In this document: positions 22,866-32,407 of the stretch, piece by piece
Layout of the letters: each line of letters begins with the position of its first letter
Numbering within the stretch: position 1 is the first letter of the stretch
Assembly: GCA_028279595.1 (NCBI GenBank)
Contig: JANQNK010000001.1
Span: forward strand, 69,016-133,015
Length of the DNA: 64,000 nt
Reading direction: 5' to 3'
Origin: Thermoplasmatota archaeon
Lineage (GTDB): Archaea > Thermoplasmatota > JAKEGO01
Translations under genes and position numbers: made by a program
The notes under the pieces: model-generated
Told to the model about the DNA's origin: nothing
Database searches by the model: none
The model's input: only the letters and a program-made list of their open reading frames with translations

Positions 22866-24395
22866 ATGGACCTGAGTTCTTTCAAGTTCAACCCCCGTAT
22901 TGCGGAGGGTATTCGCAGACAAGGTTACACGGAGGCCACTCCCATTCAGGAGAAGGCCATTCCCCATGTGCTCGAAGGCAACGACGTTCTCTGTCTCGCT
23001 CAGACAGGTACTGGCAAGACAGCGGTCTTCGTCCTGCCGATCCTCGAGCATCTTCTCAAGAAGAGACCTGGGCCGGTTCGCGCCCTGATCCTTTCACCGA
23101 CGAGAGAGCTGGCGGAACAGACCAGGGAGTTCTTTACAGCCCTTGGCAGTGCGACCCCCCTCGGATTCACTTCGATATACGGCGGCACGAACATAAACAA
23201 ACAGATCAACAGACTGAAGAATGGAGTTGAAGTGGTCGTGGCCTGCCCCGGCAGGCTTCTGGACCACATGAACAGGGGAACGATCGATCTCTCCGAGGTC
23301 GAGATCCTCGTCATCGACGAAGCGGACAGGATGCTTGACATGGGATTCATCCCGGATGTCAGGAAGATAGTGAAGAAGGTTCCGAGGGATCGTCAGACGC
23401 TGCTCTTCTCGGCGACGATGCCAGACGACGTACGACAGCTGGCTCAGGAGGTCCTGTGGGACCCCGTGACCGTCGAGGTCGCTCATTCGAAGCCGGCTCA
23501 CACCGTTGCTCACGCGATCTATCCTGTCGAGCACTATCTCAAAACGTCCCTCCTGAAGGAGATCCTGAAGATGACGGACACTGGTTCCGTCCTTGTATTT
23601 ACCCGGACGAAGCACAGGGCTCGACGCGTCGGAAACCAGCTCTCGAGGAGCGGTTACGACGCTGCATCACTTCACGGCGACATGGGACAGGGAGCGAGGC
23701 AGGACACACTGAAGAAGTTCAAGAGTGGCAAGATACAGATACTCGTCGCGACCGACATCGCCGCTAGGGGGATTGACATCTCCACCATCTCACACGTCAT
23801 CAACTACGACATCCCGGACACACCTGACAATTACATCCACAGAATCGGCCGGACCGGCCGCGCGGAACGGACCGGCGACGCCTTCACCTTCGTATCCCAC
23901 GAGGACGAGCGGACGGTCAGGGCCATCGAGGGCGTTCTAGGAGAGGAGATAGAACGCCGTTTCATGGACAAGTTCGATTACAGCGCTCCCGCACCGCCCG
24001 GAAGGCCTCCGCAGCATTACAACAAGGGAGGCTCCCGCCACGGAAAGCAGACCAGTGCCGTCTACAACGACGGGAGACGCTATACGGATAGCAGTAGCAG
24101 CCAGAAGCGCTACGCCCAGGGAAGGACCGGCCAACACAGGGATGGCTCGGGTCACGGGGGCCATAGGCGCTATCAGAAGAACAAATCCGGCGGGCAGCAC
24201 TCGAACAAGGGTGGTCACGGAGGGTCGAACCGTCATCATCAAGGGTCGTCCGGCGGGCATCACAAGAAGCACGGTGGCAAGGGCGGTCAGAATCGCCACC
24301 ATCACAACAAATCCGGTGGGCAGCAGAAGAATCGAAGCGGCCAATACCACCATCACAAGAAGGGCGGAAAGGGGAATCGCAGGCGTCGGAAGTGA
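22866..24395 (+). CDS. DEAD-box ATP-dependent RNA helicase with His/Gly/Lys/Asn-rich C-terminal tail
   Basis: Q motif, AQTGTGKT, PTRELA, DEAD (VIDEADRM), SAT and HRIGRTGRAER motifs, followed by a low-complexity tail of about 135 aa. Confidence 0.9.
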   Translation: MDLSSFKFNPRIAEGIRRQGYTEATPIQEKAIPHVLEGNDVLCLAQTGTGKTAVFVLPILEHLLKKRPGPVRALILSPTRELAEQTREFFTALGSATPLGFTSIYGGTNINKQINRLKNGVEVVVACPGRLLDHMNRGTIDLSEVEILVIDEADRMLDMGFIPDVRKIVKKVPRDRQTLLFSATMPDDVRQLAQEVLWDPVTVEVAHSKPAHTVAHAIYPVEHYLKTSLLKEILKMTDTGSVLVFTRTKHRARRVGNQLSRSGYDAASLHGDMGQGARQDTLKKFKSGKIQILVATDIAARGIDISTISHVINYDIPDTPDNYIHRIGRTGRAERTGDAFTFVSHEDERTVRAIEGVLGEEIERRFMDKFDYSAPAPPGRPPQHYNKGGSRHGKQTSAVYNDGRRYTDSSSSQKRYAQGRTGQHRDGSGHGGHRRYQKNKSGGQHSNKGGHGGSNRHHQGSSGGHHKKHGGKGGQNRHHHNKSGGQQKNRSGQYHHHKKGGKGNRRRRK

Positions 24396-24450
24396 ATCAA
24401 TTCTCCAATAGTCATATAAGGGTCCTATTCGTAAGAAGGATGGGATCAAA

Positions 24451-25104
24451 ATGAGACTCCGTTCAACAGCGATATATCTCGTAATATCTGTCATTATTCT
24501 GAGTGTCATCAGTCCGGTCGTTGATGGAGCCCCTGCTGCTCGGAAACCGATCGTTCTCGAGATCCGGACGGTAAATCATTCGGACCAGAGCATTCAGACG
24601 AACATTACAGATGCATCCATTCTCCGAGTACTTGGTGAGATAGACAACTACGGCGGTCTCGCATTCACAGAACCGGTCTCTGAAAGCATCCTGGATATCG
24701 ACAGCTTCGCTCTCGATCTCGAGTTCATGAACCTCTCGATGTCACATATCAATGGTAGTGCTCGGATAATTCCATTCGATCAGGCTGAAGTCAGCGGCCT
24801 CGTATCGTTGCACCTTAGGATCCACTCGCGGGTCCAGCCTATCGACACGAATGGTGATGCGATCTGGGACACGACCTACATCTACATCACGACCGATGGC
24901 AGCCGAGACGATACAGTCCGCAAAGAGGTGAGGTCATACATCGCCGAGCACAATGAGAGGGTTCCAGCAAACATGAAGCTAGATCTACTCATCCACAGCG
25001 AGGATGATGAAGAAGTCCATGATGTGACGCTTATCTTCATTGGTATCGTTGCTGTTGCGCTAATCCTACTGGTCGCAACGCGCCATATCGATCGAAAGAA
25101 GTAG
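24451..25104 (+). CDS. hypothetical exported protein with C-terminal TM anchor
   Basis: Signal-like N-terminus, N-x-S/T sequons, C-terminal TM LIFIGIVAVALILLV plus a basic tail. Confidence 0.55.
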   Translation: MRLRSTAIYLVISVIILSVISPVVDGAPAARKPIVLEIRTVNHSDQSIQTNITDASILRVLGEIDNYGGLAFTEPVSESILDIDSFALDLEFMNLSMSHINGSARIIPFDQAEVSGLVSLHLRIHSRVQPIDTNGDAIWDTTYIYITTDGSRDDTVRKEVRSYIAEHNERVPANMKLDLLIHSEDDEEVHDVTLIFIGIVAVALILLVATRHIDRKK

Positions 25105-25374
25105 CTCACTGTCCAATCTTTACTAGAATTGATATAAACCCCGAGAACAAAGGTGTGTTAATCAAGAGAGTGCAAACTCTCCCGCCACCGAACGTGAGAG
25201 GTCACCCCAAGAAAGCTCTCTTGAGAAGCACAAAACGGGGATCGCGGTCATCGCCAGCCAATTCTTCATGGGCGACATTGGTCCCTCCGCGGTCCCCACA
25301 CAATGTGCTGTGGTATTGTCATTCCCCAACGATACCTTTTTCTCGCTCGCATCTGTATAAGAAACGGGTTGCCC

Positions 25375-25971
25375 ATGAGCAAGTACCAGCTGAGACAATG
25401 GATAACTGCGAAAAAAGATGCCATTTCAATAGGTCTTTCCCTTCTAGTTCTCATTGGTGCGATCGTTTGGTCGTATTACTATATAGAAATGAATCGACAC
25501 GATCAAGACCCTAGCGATCTGGAAGGCACCTGGGAACTTAGCGATGATGGTGATTACGTTCTTAAGTTCGAGGGCAATTTCTACCAACCACATGGTTTTA
25601 TTAGCTGGGAATTACGGGATGATCAAGGGCGCCTCGTGAATTGGACGGATCCCTCCGGAGAGATCATCTCAATGAAAGGAATGTTGAATAAAGTTAATTA
25701 TACATATCGACATGTTATGCGAGCGGATATCACGTACGGTAACTTTCACTCTAGAACTCCAATGGTGAATCCACACTCAAATCAAAACCACACATTATGC
25801 ATCGTTACAATGGATGACGACGACAATACCAACTTCAGCGATGGGGATTCCCTCTGGATTAGATCCATAGCCAACGGGGGTTGCGCCGACGTCGGATATT
25901 CTTTACATCTTCGTAACATTGATGAAAACCTAAACTACAAGACGCTCACAATACCAGATGGCTTAGGATAG
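25375..25971 (+). CDS. hypothetical N-terminally anchored protein
   Basis: Internal ATG of ORF 25303..25971 (MSKYQLRQWITAKKDAISIGLSLLVLIGAIVW). Lower GC than neighbours. 9-nt convergent overlap with purP. Confidence 0.5.
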   Translation: MSKYQLRQWITAKKDAISIGLSLLVLIGAIVWSYYYIEMNRHDQDPSDLEGTWELSDDGDYVLKFEGNFYQPHGFISWELRDDQGRLVNWTDPSGEIISMKGMLNKVNYTYRHVMRADITYGNFHSRTPMVNPHSNQNHTLCIVTMDDDDNTNFSDGDSLWIRSIANGGCADVGYSLHLRNIDENLNYKTLTIPDGLG

Positions 25972-27024
25972 GATGTCCCCTAGCCGCCCCGTGTCCCTCG
26001 CCATCTTGATTTCCTGCCCGATCCTCACGCCGGTCGAGAGGTTCGGCTCGATCATCTCGGAATAGGCCGACCCACCGATGAACGGATTCGTCCCGGCAAC
26101 AATTCTAGCAGAGATCTCGAAGACAACGAACTCGAGTTGATCGGTAACAATTGTCTCAAGACAGAACGGACCCCAGAGTCCGCCGAAGAGCTCGATGGAC
26201 TTCTCGACGACGTCCTCACCCATCTTGAGCACCTTCGGAAGAAGGCTCTCTCGAATAACGATCGGAACGTTTCCAGTGACGACGAAGGAAGCATAGATCC
26301 CGAGCCGCTTCAGCTCCTCCTGGCTTCCAAGCTTGTACATCTCGTCGATGTTGGTCTCGTCGCGACGGTCCATGGAGAGCATCTGAAGGGTTCCCTTCGA
26401 TAACTGGTAACCTTCTTCCTGGATTGGAGAGTAGAAGTAATGGAGATAGTAGCGGGTCCCTGTCACGTATTCCTGGATGTTGTACTCCTGGGTCGGGTCC
26501 AGACCCTGCTCGAAGTCGTCGTAGTTCTTGGCGATGAAGAAACCCCTGCCACCTTTTGCGCCCTGGTACTTGACCAACACTGGCCTATCTATCTTGGTGG
26601 GGTCCTCGATCAGCGTGGGCATCTTGATCCCAGCTGACTCGAGCCATTCCCGCTGTTTCTTCCTGTCGCTCTCCCATGCCAGCACTCCGCGGTTCCCGAA
26701 GATGGGAACATCCAGCTCGACGACCTTGTCGGCTCCGAGGTACTCGACGAACGACCCGTGGGGGACGATGACGGAGTTCCTGGCCAGGAGCTCGTCCTTC
26801 AGCCCCATCAGCTCGGCGTAGCTGTCCAGGAGGATGAACTCGTCCGGTTTTCCCAGGGGGAATGCATCGTAGAACTTGGGAGGCCTGTTGACGGCGATCC
26901 CCAGGGTCTTCAACCCTTCCTTCTTCGCACCGTGGAAGATCTGAAGACTTGAGTGAGAACATACTGTGGTAACGGTAACATCGGAATAATCGTCTATTAT
27001 CCTTGCTAGGTCATCCGTTTCCAT
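25963..27024 (-). CDS. purP: 5-formaminoimidazole-4-carboxamide ribonucleotide (FAICAR) synthetase PurP
   Basis: Archaeal PurP blocks (TVCSHSSLQIFHGAKKEGL, ATP-grasp region VKYQGAKGGRGFFIA, RRDETNID). Start at internal Met 27024, which avoids overlap with the upstream gene. Confidence 0.85.
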   Translation of the reverse strand: METDDLARIIDDYSDVTVTTVCSHSSLQIFHGAKKEGLKTLGIAVNRPPKFYDAFPLGKPDEFILLDSYAELMGLKDELLARNSVIVPHGSFVEYLGADKVVELDVPIFGNRGVLAWESDRKKQREWLESAGIKMPTLIEDPTKIDRPVLVKYQGAKGGRGFFIAKNYDDFEQGLDPTQEYNIQEYVTGTRYYLHYFYSPIQEEGYQLSKGTLQMLSMDRRDETNIDEMYKLGSQEELKRLGIYASFVVTGNVPIVIRESLLPKVLKMGEDVVEKSIELFGGLWGPFCLETIVTDQLEFVVFEISARIVAGTNPFIGGSAYSEMIEPNLSTGVRIGQEIKMARDTGRLGDILS

Positions 27025-27056
27025 TACGGGCCTATGAAGGGTCTCCTTTAAGATAT

Positions 27057-28952
27057 TTACGCTCGACCGATCTTGGCCAATCCCTTCGTGGCCTTGACGT
27101 CGTTCGGGTCCTTGGTCAGTGCCTCGCGGTAGCACTTCTCGGCCTTGTCATGGTCGTTGAGCTGGCGGTAGGCGAACCCGAGGCTGGTCCAGAGCCTGAC
27201 ATTGTCCTCGTCAGATTTCAGCAGGACCTCGTACAGGCCGATGGCATCGAGGTAGTTGCCAGCGAGGAGCTTTCTGTCGGCGGCCTTCCTGTCGAAGATC
27301 CTCATGGTCTCCTCTGGGACGCTGTCCGCCGCTGTGGGCTTCGCGTCTGTTGGGATGACCTTCTTGGGTCTTGGTGGTGCCTTCGTTGGCCTCGGCTTCG
27401 GAGCCACTGCCGGGACACCCATCTTCGCCTTCACGCGCTTCCTCCTCTCCTTCGGAGCCCTTACTTCCACGTCCAGCTCATCTTGCGCTGGCGACTCCAA
27501 CGCCCTGACCTCGGCCAGGCATGCGTCGCGGCCCGCACGGAATTTCGGCTCGTCCCGGTCGAGGATCATCGCCCTCTCGTATGCGATCACCGCCTCCTCG
27601 TAACGGTTCAGCGCACGCAGTGCGATGGCCTTGTTGTTCCAGAAATGCGGATTGTCGGGATCGATCGTAAGCGCCCTCTCGAAGAGGACCAGGGCCTCAT
27701 CGTACCTGTCCTGTCTGAACAGCTCGTTCCCCGACTCCTTGAGCTTGTCGGCCTCCTCGTTGAGGTACTGCATGAACTGCTTCTTGTCTATCTTCTCGAG
27801 CCTCGCCTGGACCGCCTTCTCCGTGGATAGTCCACGGGCCATGTCGGGGATGTACGGCGACTGTTCCACCAGTCCCTCGGAGATCGATCTGGCGTATATG
27901 TAAAGGGCAGCGTATCCGACCAGGGAAATGGACGAGATAAGGAAGATGAGGACCCCGATCGGACGTAGGTAGAACACGGTGGAACGGAGGCTCACCTCGG
28001 CGGGCTCATCCTCCAGGCTGACGATTATTATGGTATAGCGTCCGGGATAGAGGCCCTTGTCCAGCTCGATGTTCGATCCGGTCCCGAACACCACCGGGTC
28101 CTCCCCCGCCCACCTGTAAACGACAACCTCCGTGTGGGCGACGATCTCGTCCCCGAAGAGCAGTACCCGGTAGGAACCCTGGGCCAGTGATACGAATCCT
28201 GTCACGTCCCCGGTGTCATCCCAGTAGACAGTGCAGTTGTCCCTGAAGTCGGGATCGTTCCAGAGCGCTCCAAGCCCGAGTTCGTTGACGAAATGCAGGT
28301 AGGTCGTCTCGTCGACGACGCACATGTCCACAGCCCCCTCGCTCGTGAGCCCGAACCTCCAGGTCTCCGTCGTGTTCCTGACGACCATGTTCACGACATT
28401 CATCGGGTCGTTGGACGGGAACCCTTCGAAAACGTTCTCGATCCCCGATGGGATCTCGATGATCTCATCCTCCTCGTAGGGAATGACGTACAGGTCGAAC
28501 TTCTGGTCCGACTCGAGCTCTATCGCCACTTCCTGTCTGAAGGTCGGTATCCCGAGGACCCAGAAGCTCATCTCGCCGTAGACCGGTGGATTGATGGTCT
28601 CCTTGTGCTCCGACGGGGTAGTCATCTGGGTCATGATGAGGAGGGGCGAGACGATGAGCATCATCACGACGATGACGAGGACCACGGAACGGGAGCGTCC
28701 CAGGAACTGGCGCGTCCTTATCCTTGCCAGGAGCGGCACCTCCTTCATCATGAGGTTGAGCTCCTCTCGAAGGAATATGAAGCCCTCGAAGACGGCGATC
28801 ACTAGGAAGATCGTCACTGCCCCGAACTTGGCCGCCTGGTCCATGGGCTTCATGATCATCTCGAGGATGAAGAAGAGGAGGAGCGTCTGTAGGATTAGGA
28901 GGAGAATGAATCCCTTCCTGAAGCTCCGGACCCCTCTCGGCATCTCCGTCAC
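27057..28952 (-). CDS. membrane protein with extracytoplasmic domain and two cytoplasmic TPR blocks
   Basis: N-terminal TMs, a middle domain of about 230 aa, another TM, then TPR repeats (GNELFRQDRYDEALVLFERALTIDPDNP...) separated by a Pro/Lys-rich linker. Confidence 0.7.
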   Translation of the reverse strand: MTEMPRGVRSFRKGFILLLILQTLLLFFILEMIMKPMDQAAKFGAVTIFLVIAVFEGFIFLREELNLMMKEVPLLARIRTRQFLGRSRSVVLVIVVMMLIVSPLLIMTQMTTPSEHKETINPPVYGEMSFWVLGIPTFRQEVAIELESDQKFDLYVIPYEEDEIIEIPSGIENVFEGFPSNDPMNVVNMVVRNTTETWRFGLTSEGAVDMCVVDETTYLHFVNELGLGALWNDPDFRDNCTVYWDDTGDVTGFVSLAQGSYRVLLFGDEIVAHTEVVVYRWAGEDPVVFGTGSNIELDKGLYPGRYTIIIVSLEDEPAEVSLRSTVFYLRPIGVLIFLISSISLVGYAALYIYARSISEGLVEQSPYIPDMARGLSTEKAVQARLEKIDKKQFMQYLNEEADKLKESGNELFRQDRYDEALVLFERALTIDPDNPHFWNNKAIALRALNRYEEAVIAYERAMILDRDEPKFRAGRDACLAEVRALESPAQDELDVEVRAPKERRKRVKAKMGVPAVAPKPRPTKAPPRPKKVIPTDAKPTAADSVPEETMRIFDRKAADRKLLAGNYLDAIGLYEVLLKSDEDNVRLWTSLGFAYRQLNDHDKAEKCYREALTKDPNDVKATKGLAKIGRA

Positions 28953-29057
28953 GATCCCACCTTATGCGGATAATCGTGACTCAGCATATTAAACCTACTG
29001 AGAACCCGGAGACCCCAGAATGCACAAGCATTTATTATCCTGCTACGATTCCGCGTC

Positions 29058-30542
29058 GTGAGCGGATTCGTCGTCCTCATGGTCCTCGACGGCTGGGGCG
29101 TCGCCCCCGAAGGGAGCGGCAACGCGATATCGAGGGCGTCCACACCGTCCTATGACGATCTTCTATCAAGGTGGCCGAACTCGACACTGAAGGCGAGCGG
29201 GAACGCCGTCGGTCTCCCTGAGGGACAGATGGGCAACTCTGAGGTCGGGCACATGACCATCGGGGCCGGCCGCATCCTCCTTCAGCCGTTGAGCAGGATG
29301 AACGAGGCCGTCAGGACTGGCCAGTTCGCTGATAACGAAGTCATTTCGAGGGCAATGGACGTTCCAGAGGGGAACAGGCTCCACCTCATCGCCATGCTCA
29401 GCGACGGAGGCGTCCACAGCCACCAGGAGCACTTGTTCCACATGTTGAAGCTCGCACGTGAGAGAGGACTCGAGCCATGGATCCATGTCGTGCTGGACGG
29501 ACGCGACACCCCCCCGAGGTCCGCCCGACCGTACTTCGAGGCGCTTGAGGGGGCGATCGCGGAGCACGGAGGAAGGGTCGCCACCATCGCGGGACGATAC
29601 TTCGCCATGGACCGGGACAACAGGTGGGACAGGACGAGGCTCGAGTACGATGCCATCGTGAGCGCGGAGGGCCCGACGCGTTCGAACTGGGAGATTACCC
29701 TCGACGATTCCTACAACGACGGGAAGGGTGACGAGTTCGTCGTTCCTGTGGCCATCGACGGATACGGCGGTCTCAATGACGGCGACAGCGTGATCATGGT
29801 CAACTTCAGGCCAGATCGTATCCGCCAGATATCGGAGGCGCTGACCTCACCATCCTTCGATGGGTTCGACCGCGCATCCCCTCCGGACATTTCATACACC
29901 ACGATGATGACCGTCTCGGACGGCACCGTGGGGGAGATCGTCCTGCCGCCGATAACCGTGACTGAGACCCTCGGCGAGATCGTCTCCCTGAATGGAACGC
30001 AGCTGAGGCTCGCGGAGACGGAGAAGTACGCTCATGTGACCTTCTTCCTGAACGATGGCCGGCGCGAACCCTACCCCGGAGAGGAGAGGGTGCTTGTCCC
30101 TTCCCCGAAGGTCGCCACATACGACATGAAGCCAGAGATGAGCGCCAGCGAGGTCGCCGACAACCTCATCGAACGGCTGGACGCCGGGCACATTCTGATC
30201 GTTGTCAACTTCGCTAACCCGGACATGGTCGGGCACACAGGAGACATGGAAGCCACGATCGCCGCCGTGGAAGCGGTCGATTCATGCCTGGGCCGTATCA
30301 GCTCGGCGGTCGAGGAACGCGGCGGGAACATCGTCCTGATCGCTGACCACGGGAACGCTGAGCAGATGTTCGACGACGATGATGTAAGGACGGCTCACTC
30401 TCTCAACCGCGTCCCATGCATCGTCACTGGCGTCGAGGGAGAGCTCGAAGACGGGGAGCTCCAGGACGTCGCCCCGACGGTGCTCACGCTGCTCGGATTG
30501 GATGTCCCCGATGGGATGACGGGCCGCAACCTACTTCACTGA
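29058..30542 (+). CDS. gpmI: 2,3-bisphosphoglycerate-independent phosphoglycerate mutase (GpmI type)
   Basis: VLDGWG, GNSEVGHMTIGAGR, SDGGVHSH, NFANPDMVGHTG and ADHGNAE motifs. GTG start. Confidence 0.9.
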   Translation: MSGFVVLMVLDGWGVAPEGSGNAISRASTPSYDDLLSRWPNSTLKASGNAVGLPEGQMGNSEVGHMTIGAGRILLQPLSRMNEAVRTGQFADNEVISRAMDVPEGNRLHLIAMLSDGGVHSHQEHLFHMLKLARERGLEPWIHVVLDGRDTPPRSARPYFEALEGAIAEHGGRVATIAGRYFAMDRDNRWDRTRLEYDAIVSAEGPTRSNWEITLDDSYNDGKGDEFVVPVAIDGYGGLNDGDSVIMVNFRPDRIRQISEALTSPSFDGFDRASPPDISYTTMMTVSDGTVGEIVLPPITVTETLGEIVSLNGTQLRLAETEKYAHVTFFLNDGRREPYPGEERVLVPSPKVATYDMKPEMSASEVADNLIERLDAGHILIVVNFANPDMVGHTGDMEATIAAVEAVDSCLGRISSAVEERGGNIVLIADHGNAEQMFDDDDVRTAHSLNRVPCIVTGVEGELEDGELQDVAPTVLTLLGLDVPDGMTGRNLLH

Positions 30543-31105
30543 TCGGCCTTCGCTTCCGGCCCTGTCTTCAATTCCGCGACCTTTCTCTTGACGCTCTTGT
30601 CGCATATCTTGCAGTAGAAGCCCCTGTCCTTGCGCTCCATCACCTGTCCGCAGAAGGCGCATGTCGATTTTATCACGCCGAGGTCCGGCGCGTTCAGCTT
30701 GATCCTGACCGCAGGTTCGTCCTCTATAACGATCGCCTTGACGATGTCGCCGGGCGCGACCGCGTTCGAGAAGTCCTTGTGGTACTCTCCCGAGATCTTC
30801 GAGATGTGAAGGGTGGCGTAATCCTCGGTTATGATCGTCCTCGGATTGTTGATGCAGTGCATGATCTCGACCATCGCCATGGAGCTCCTCGTCATGGCGA
30901 CCATGCCCACGACGAGGTCCCCTTTCCTCGGAGGTCCGGGCTCGGGTTCGCCCGTCTCCACGCGGACGGTCCTCTCGCTGTCGTCGATGATCGCTGTCCC
31001 CGCCCTGCCGGCGAAAATGGTACCGTCCTCCTCGTAGGTACCCGCCTGTCCGATGTACTCTTCAGATAATCCCAGCTTCTCGCCGGGAACGACTGGCTTC
31101 TTCAT
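30536..31105 (-). CDS. csl4: exosome complex RNA-binding protein Csl4
   Basis: Internal Met MKKPVVPGEKL. S1-like core and a C-terminal CAFCG...CKIC zinc ribbon typical of archaeal Csl4. Confidence 0.85.
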   Translation of the reverse strand: MKKPVVPGEKLGLSEEYIGQAGTYEEDGTIFAGRAGTAIIDDSERTVRVETGEPEPGPPRKGDLVVGMVAMTRSSMAMVEIMHCINNPRTIITEDYATLHISKISGEYHKDFSNAVAPGDIVKAIVIEDEPAVRIKLNAPDLGVIKSTCAFCGQVMERKDRGFYCKICDKSVKRKVAELKTGPEAKADQ

Positions 31106-31109
31106 TGTA

Positions 31110-31475
31110 TCACTTGATCCTCTGGAACCCGCCCTTGCGGTCCCGATCCCCGCTGTCGGTGGTCGCACCGCCCTTGTCGGAGCTTTCGATGTAATCGACC
31201 TCGATGTCGCCCTTGCCGACCATCTGGTTGAACTCCGCGACGATCTCCTCGCTCTCCTTGAGATAGAACTCGACCTTGCCGCACTTCATGCATGCCCACA
31301 TCCATATGGGCACCGACATCTTCAGCCACGAGCTCCAGGGCTTCTGCCATGACATGAAGTTCCCCTGGTGGGAGAAGCTCTTCGAACGTACTAGTGGCCC
31401 GCCGCACTTCTCGCACTTCATGACGCGAAGCGAGGTCTTCTCCGTAACTCCCGTGGTTGCCATCAATCCTAGCAT
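31110..31475 (-). CDS. zinc-ribbon protein (DUF2082-like; unverified)
   Basis: MKCEKCGG...CMKCGKVEFY pattern. Start uncertain (ATG 31475, ATG 31463 or Met 23). Sits immediately upstream of csl4. Confidence 0.5.
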   Translation of the reverse strand: MLGLMATTGVTEKTSLRVMKCEKCGGPLVRSKSFSHQGNFMSWQKPWSSWLKMSVPIWMWACMKCGKVEFYLKESEEIVAEFNQMVGKGDIEVDYIESSDKGGATTDSGDRDRKGGFQRIK

Positions 31476-31561
31476 AACCGAGTCCAATATTAATCTTTCC
31501 GTGACCAGAACGAAGCGTTCGAGCGAATTCGTTTTAAATATATCGTGTGGGATTGCGGACC

Positions 31562-32305
31562 ATGGCCTTCAACGCAAAGGCCGCGGCCGGTGCCGCCGTC
31601 GCGATCATCGTGGTCCTCGGACTCTACCTGACGATGCCCCTCTCTCCAGAGGAGGATTCGAAGGACACCACCACCGTTGACGCCACGATCCAGGCGAACC
31701 GCACCGACCTCAGGGTCGGAGCCGAGCTCGTCCTCGACGGCACCCACTCTACAGGGGACATCGTCGAGTACAGATGGAACCTCGGAGAGGGCTCGAACAG
31801 GAACGGAGACACGGTCACACATTCCTACAACGAGGTCGGCAGATATCACGTTTCTCTCACCGTAACGGACGGGGACGGGAAGACCGACAAGGATTACATC
31901 TACGTCAGGGTCTTCTCCGTCGTCTGGTACAACGGGACTGTCAACGCCGACGACCAGGAGGAGACCCACACCTTCGAGGTGATCTGGGAGGAGCGATCGG
32001 AGGCCCCGGTCCAGAAGGCCCAGGGCGCTGACATCCTCGTGACTTACGACGCAACACCGAACGTCGGCGACGAGAACCAACTCAACGTCACAGCAAGGAG
32101 CCCGGCGGGCGACGTTGAACGCGACAGCCCCGACGAGGAGTGGGAGGAGTCGGGGACCAAGTACGCTAGAATAATCTTCGTCGAGCAGGAGATGCTCTAC
32201 CGGGGCGGTGACTGGGAAGTGACGATCAGGTACGACCGCGGTGGTCTGCCCCCTGCCGGCAACTCGGACATCGACTACCACGTCAGGATCTTCGTGTTCT
32301 ACTAA
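31562..32305 (+). CDS. membrane-anchored PKD-domain protein
   Basis: N-terminal TM, then a PKD signature (LDGTHSTGDIVEYRWNLGEG...HSYNEVGRYHVSLTVTDGDGKTD). TATA-like TTTTAAATATAT about 20-30 nt upstream of ATG 31562. Confidence 0.65.
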   Translation: MAFNAKAAAGAAVAIIVVLGLYLTMPLSPEEDSKDTTTVDATIQANRTDLRVGAELVLDGTHSTGDIVEYRWNLGEGSNRNGDTVTHSYNEVGRYHVSLTVTDGDGKTDKDYIYVRVFSVVWYNGTVNADDQEETHTFEVIWEERSEAPVQKAQGADILVTYDATPNVGDENQLNVTARSPAGDVERDSPDEEWEESGTKYARIIFVEQEMLYRGGDWEVTIRYDRGGLPPAGNSDIDYHVRIFVFY

Positions 32306-32407
32306 GTTCAAGAGAATTCATCTTTACCAAACCATATTTATCTCACAATCGTATCCAGATGAGTGAAACCATATCGATTGAGCGGCCGGGCGAGATCGGG
32401 GATTGGT

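Noticed and set aside
24100-24395. Short nucleotide repeats, checked as a possible CRISPR or tandem-repeat array.
   Set aside because: The repeats are in frame within the helicase tail and encode the NKSGGQ/GGH low-complexity units. There is no repeat-spacer periodicity.
25155-25514. Small overlapping ORFs (119, 78 and 62 aa) in the 270-nt spacer before the 25375 gene.
   Set aside because: They are mutually overlapping, lack SD or TATA context and have biased, motif-free translations. The downstream ATG 25375, with its TM-anchored product, is the better model.
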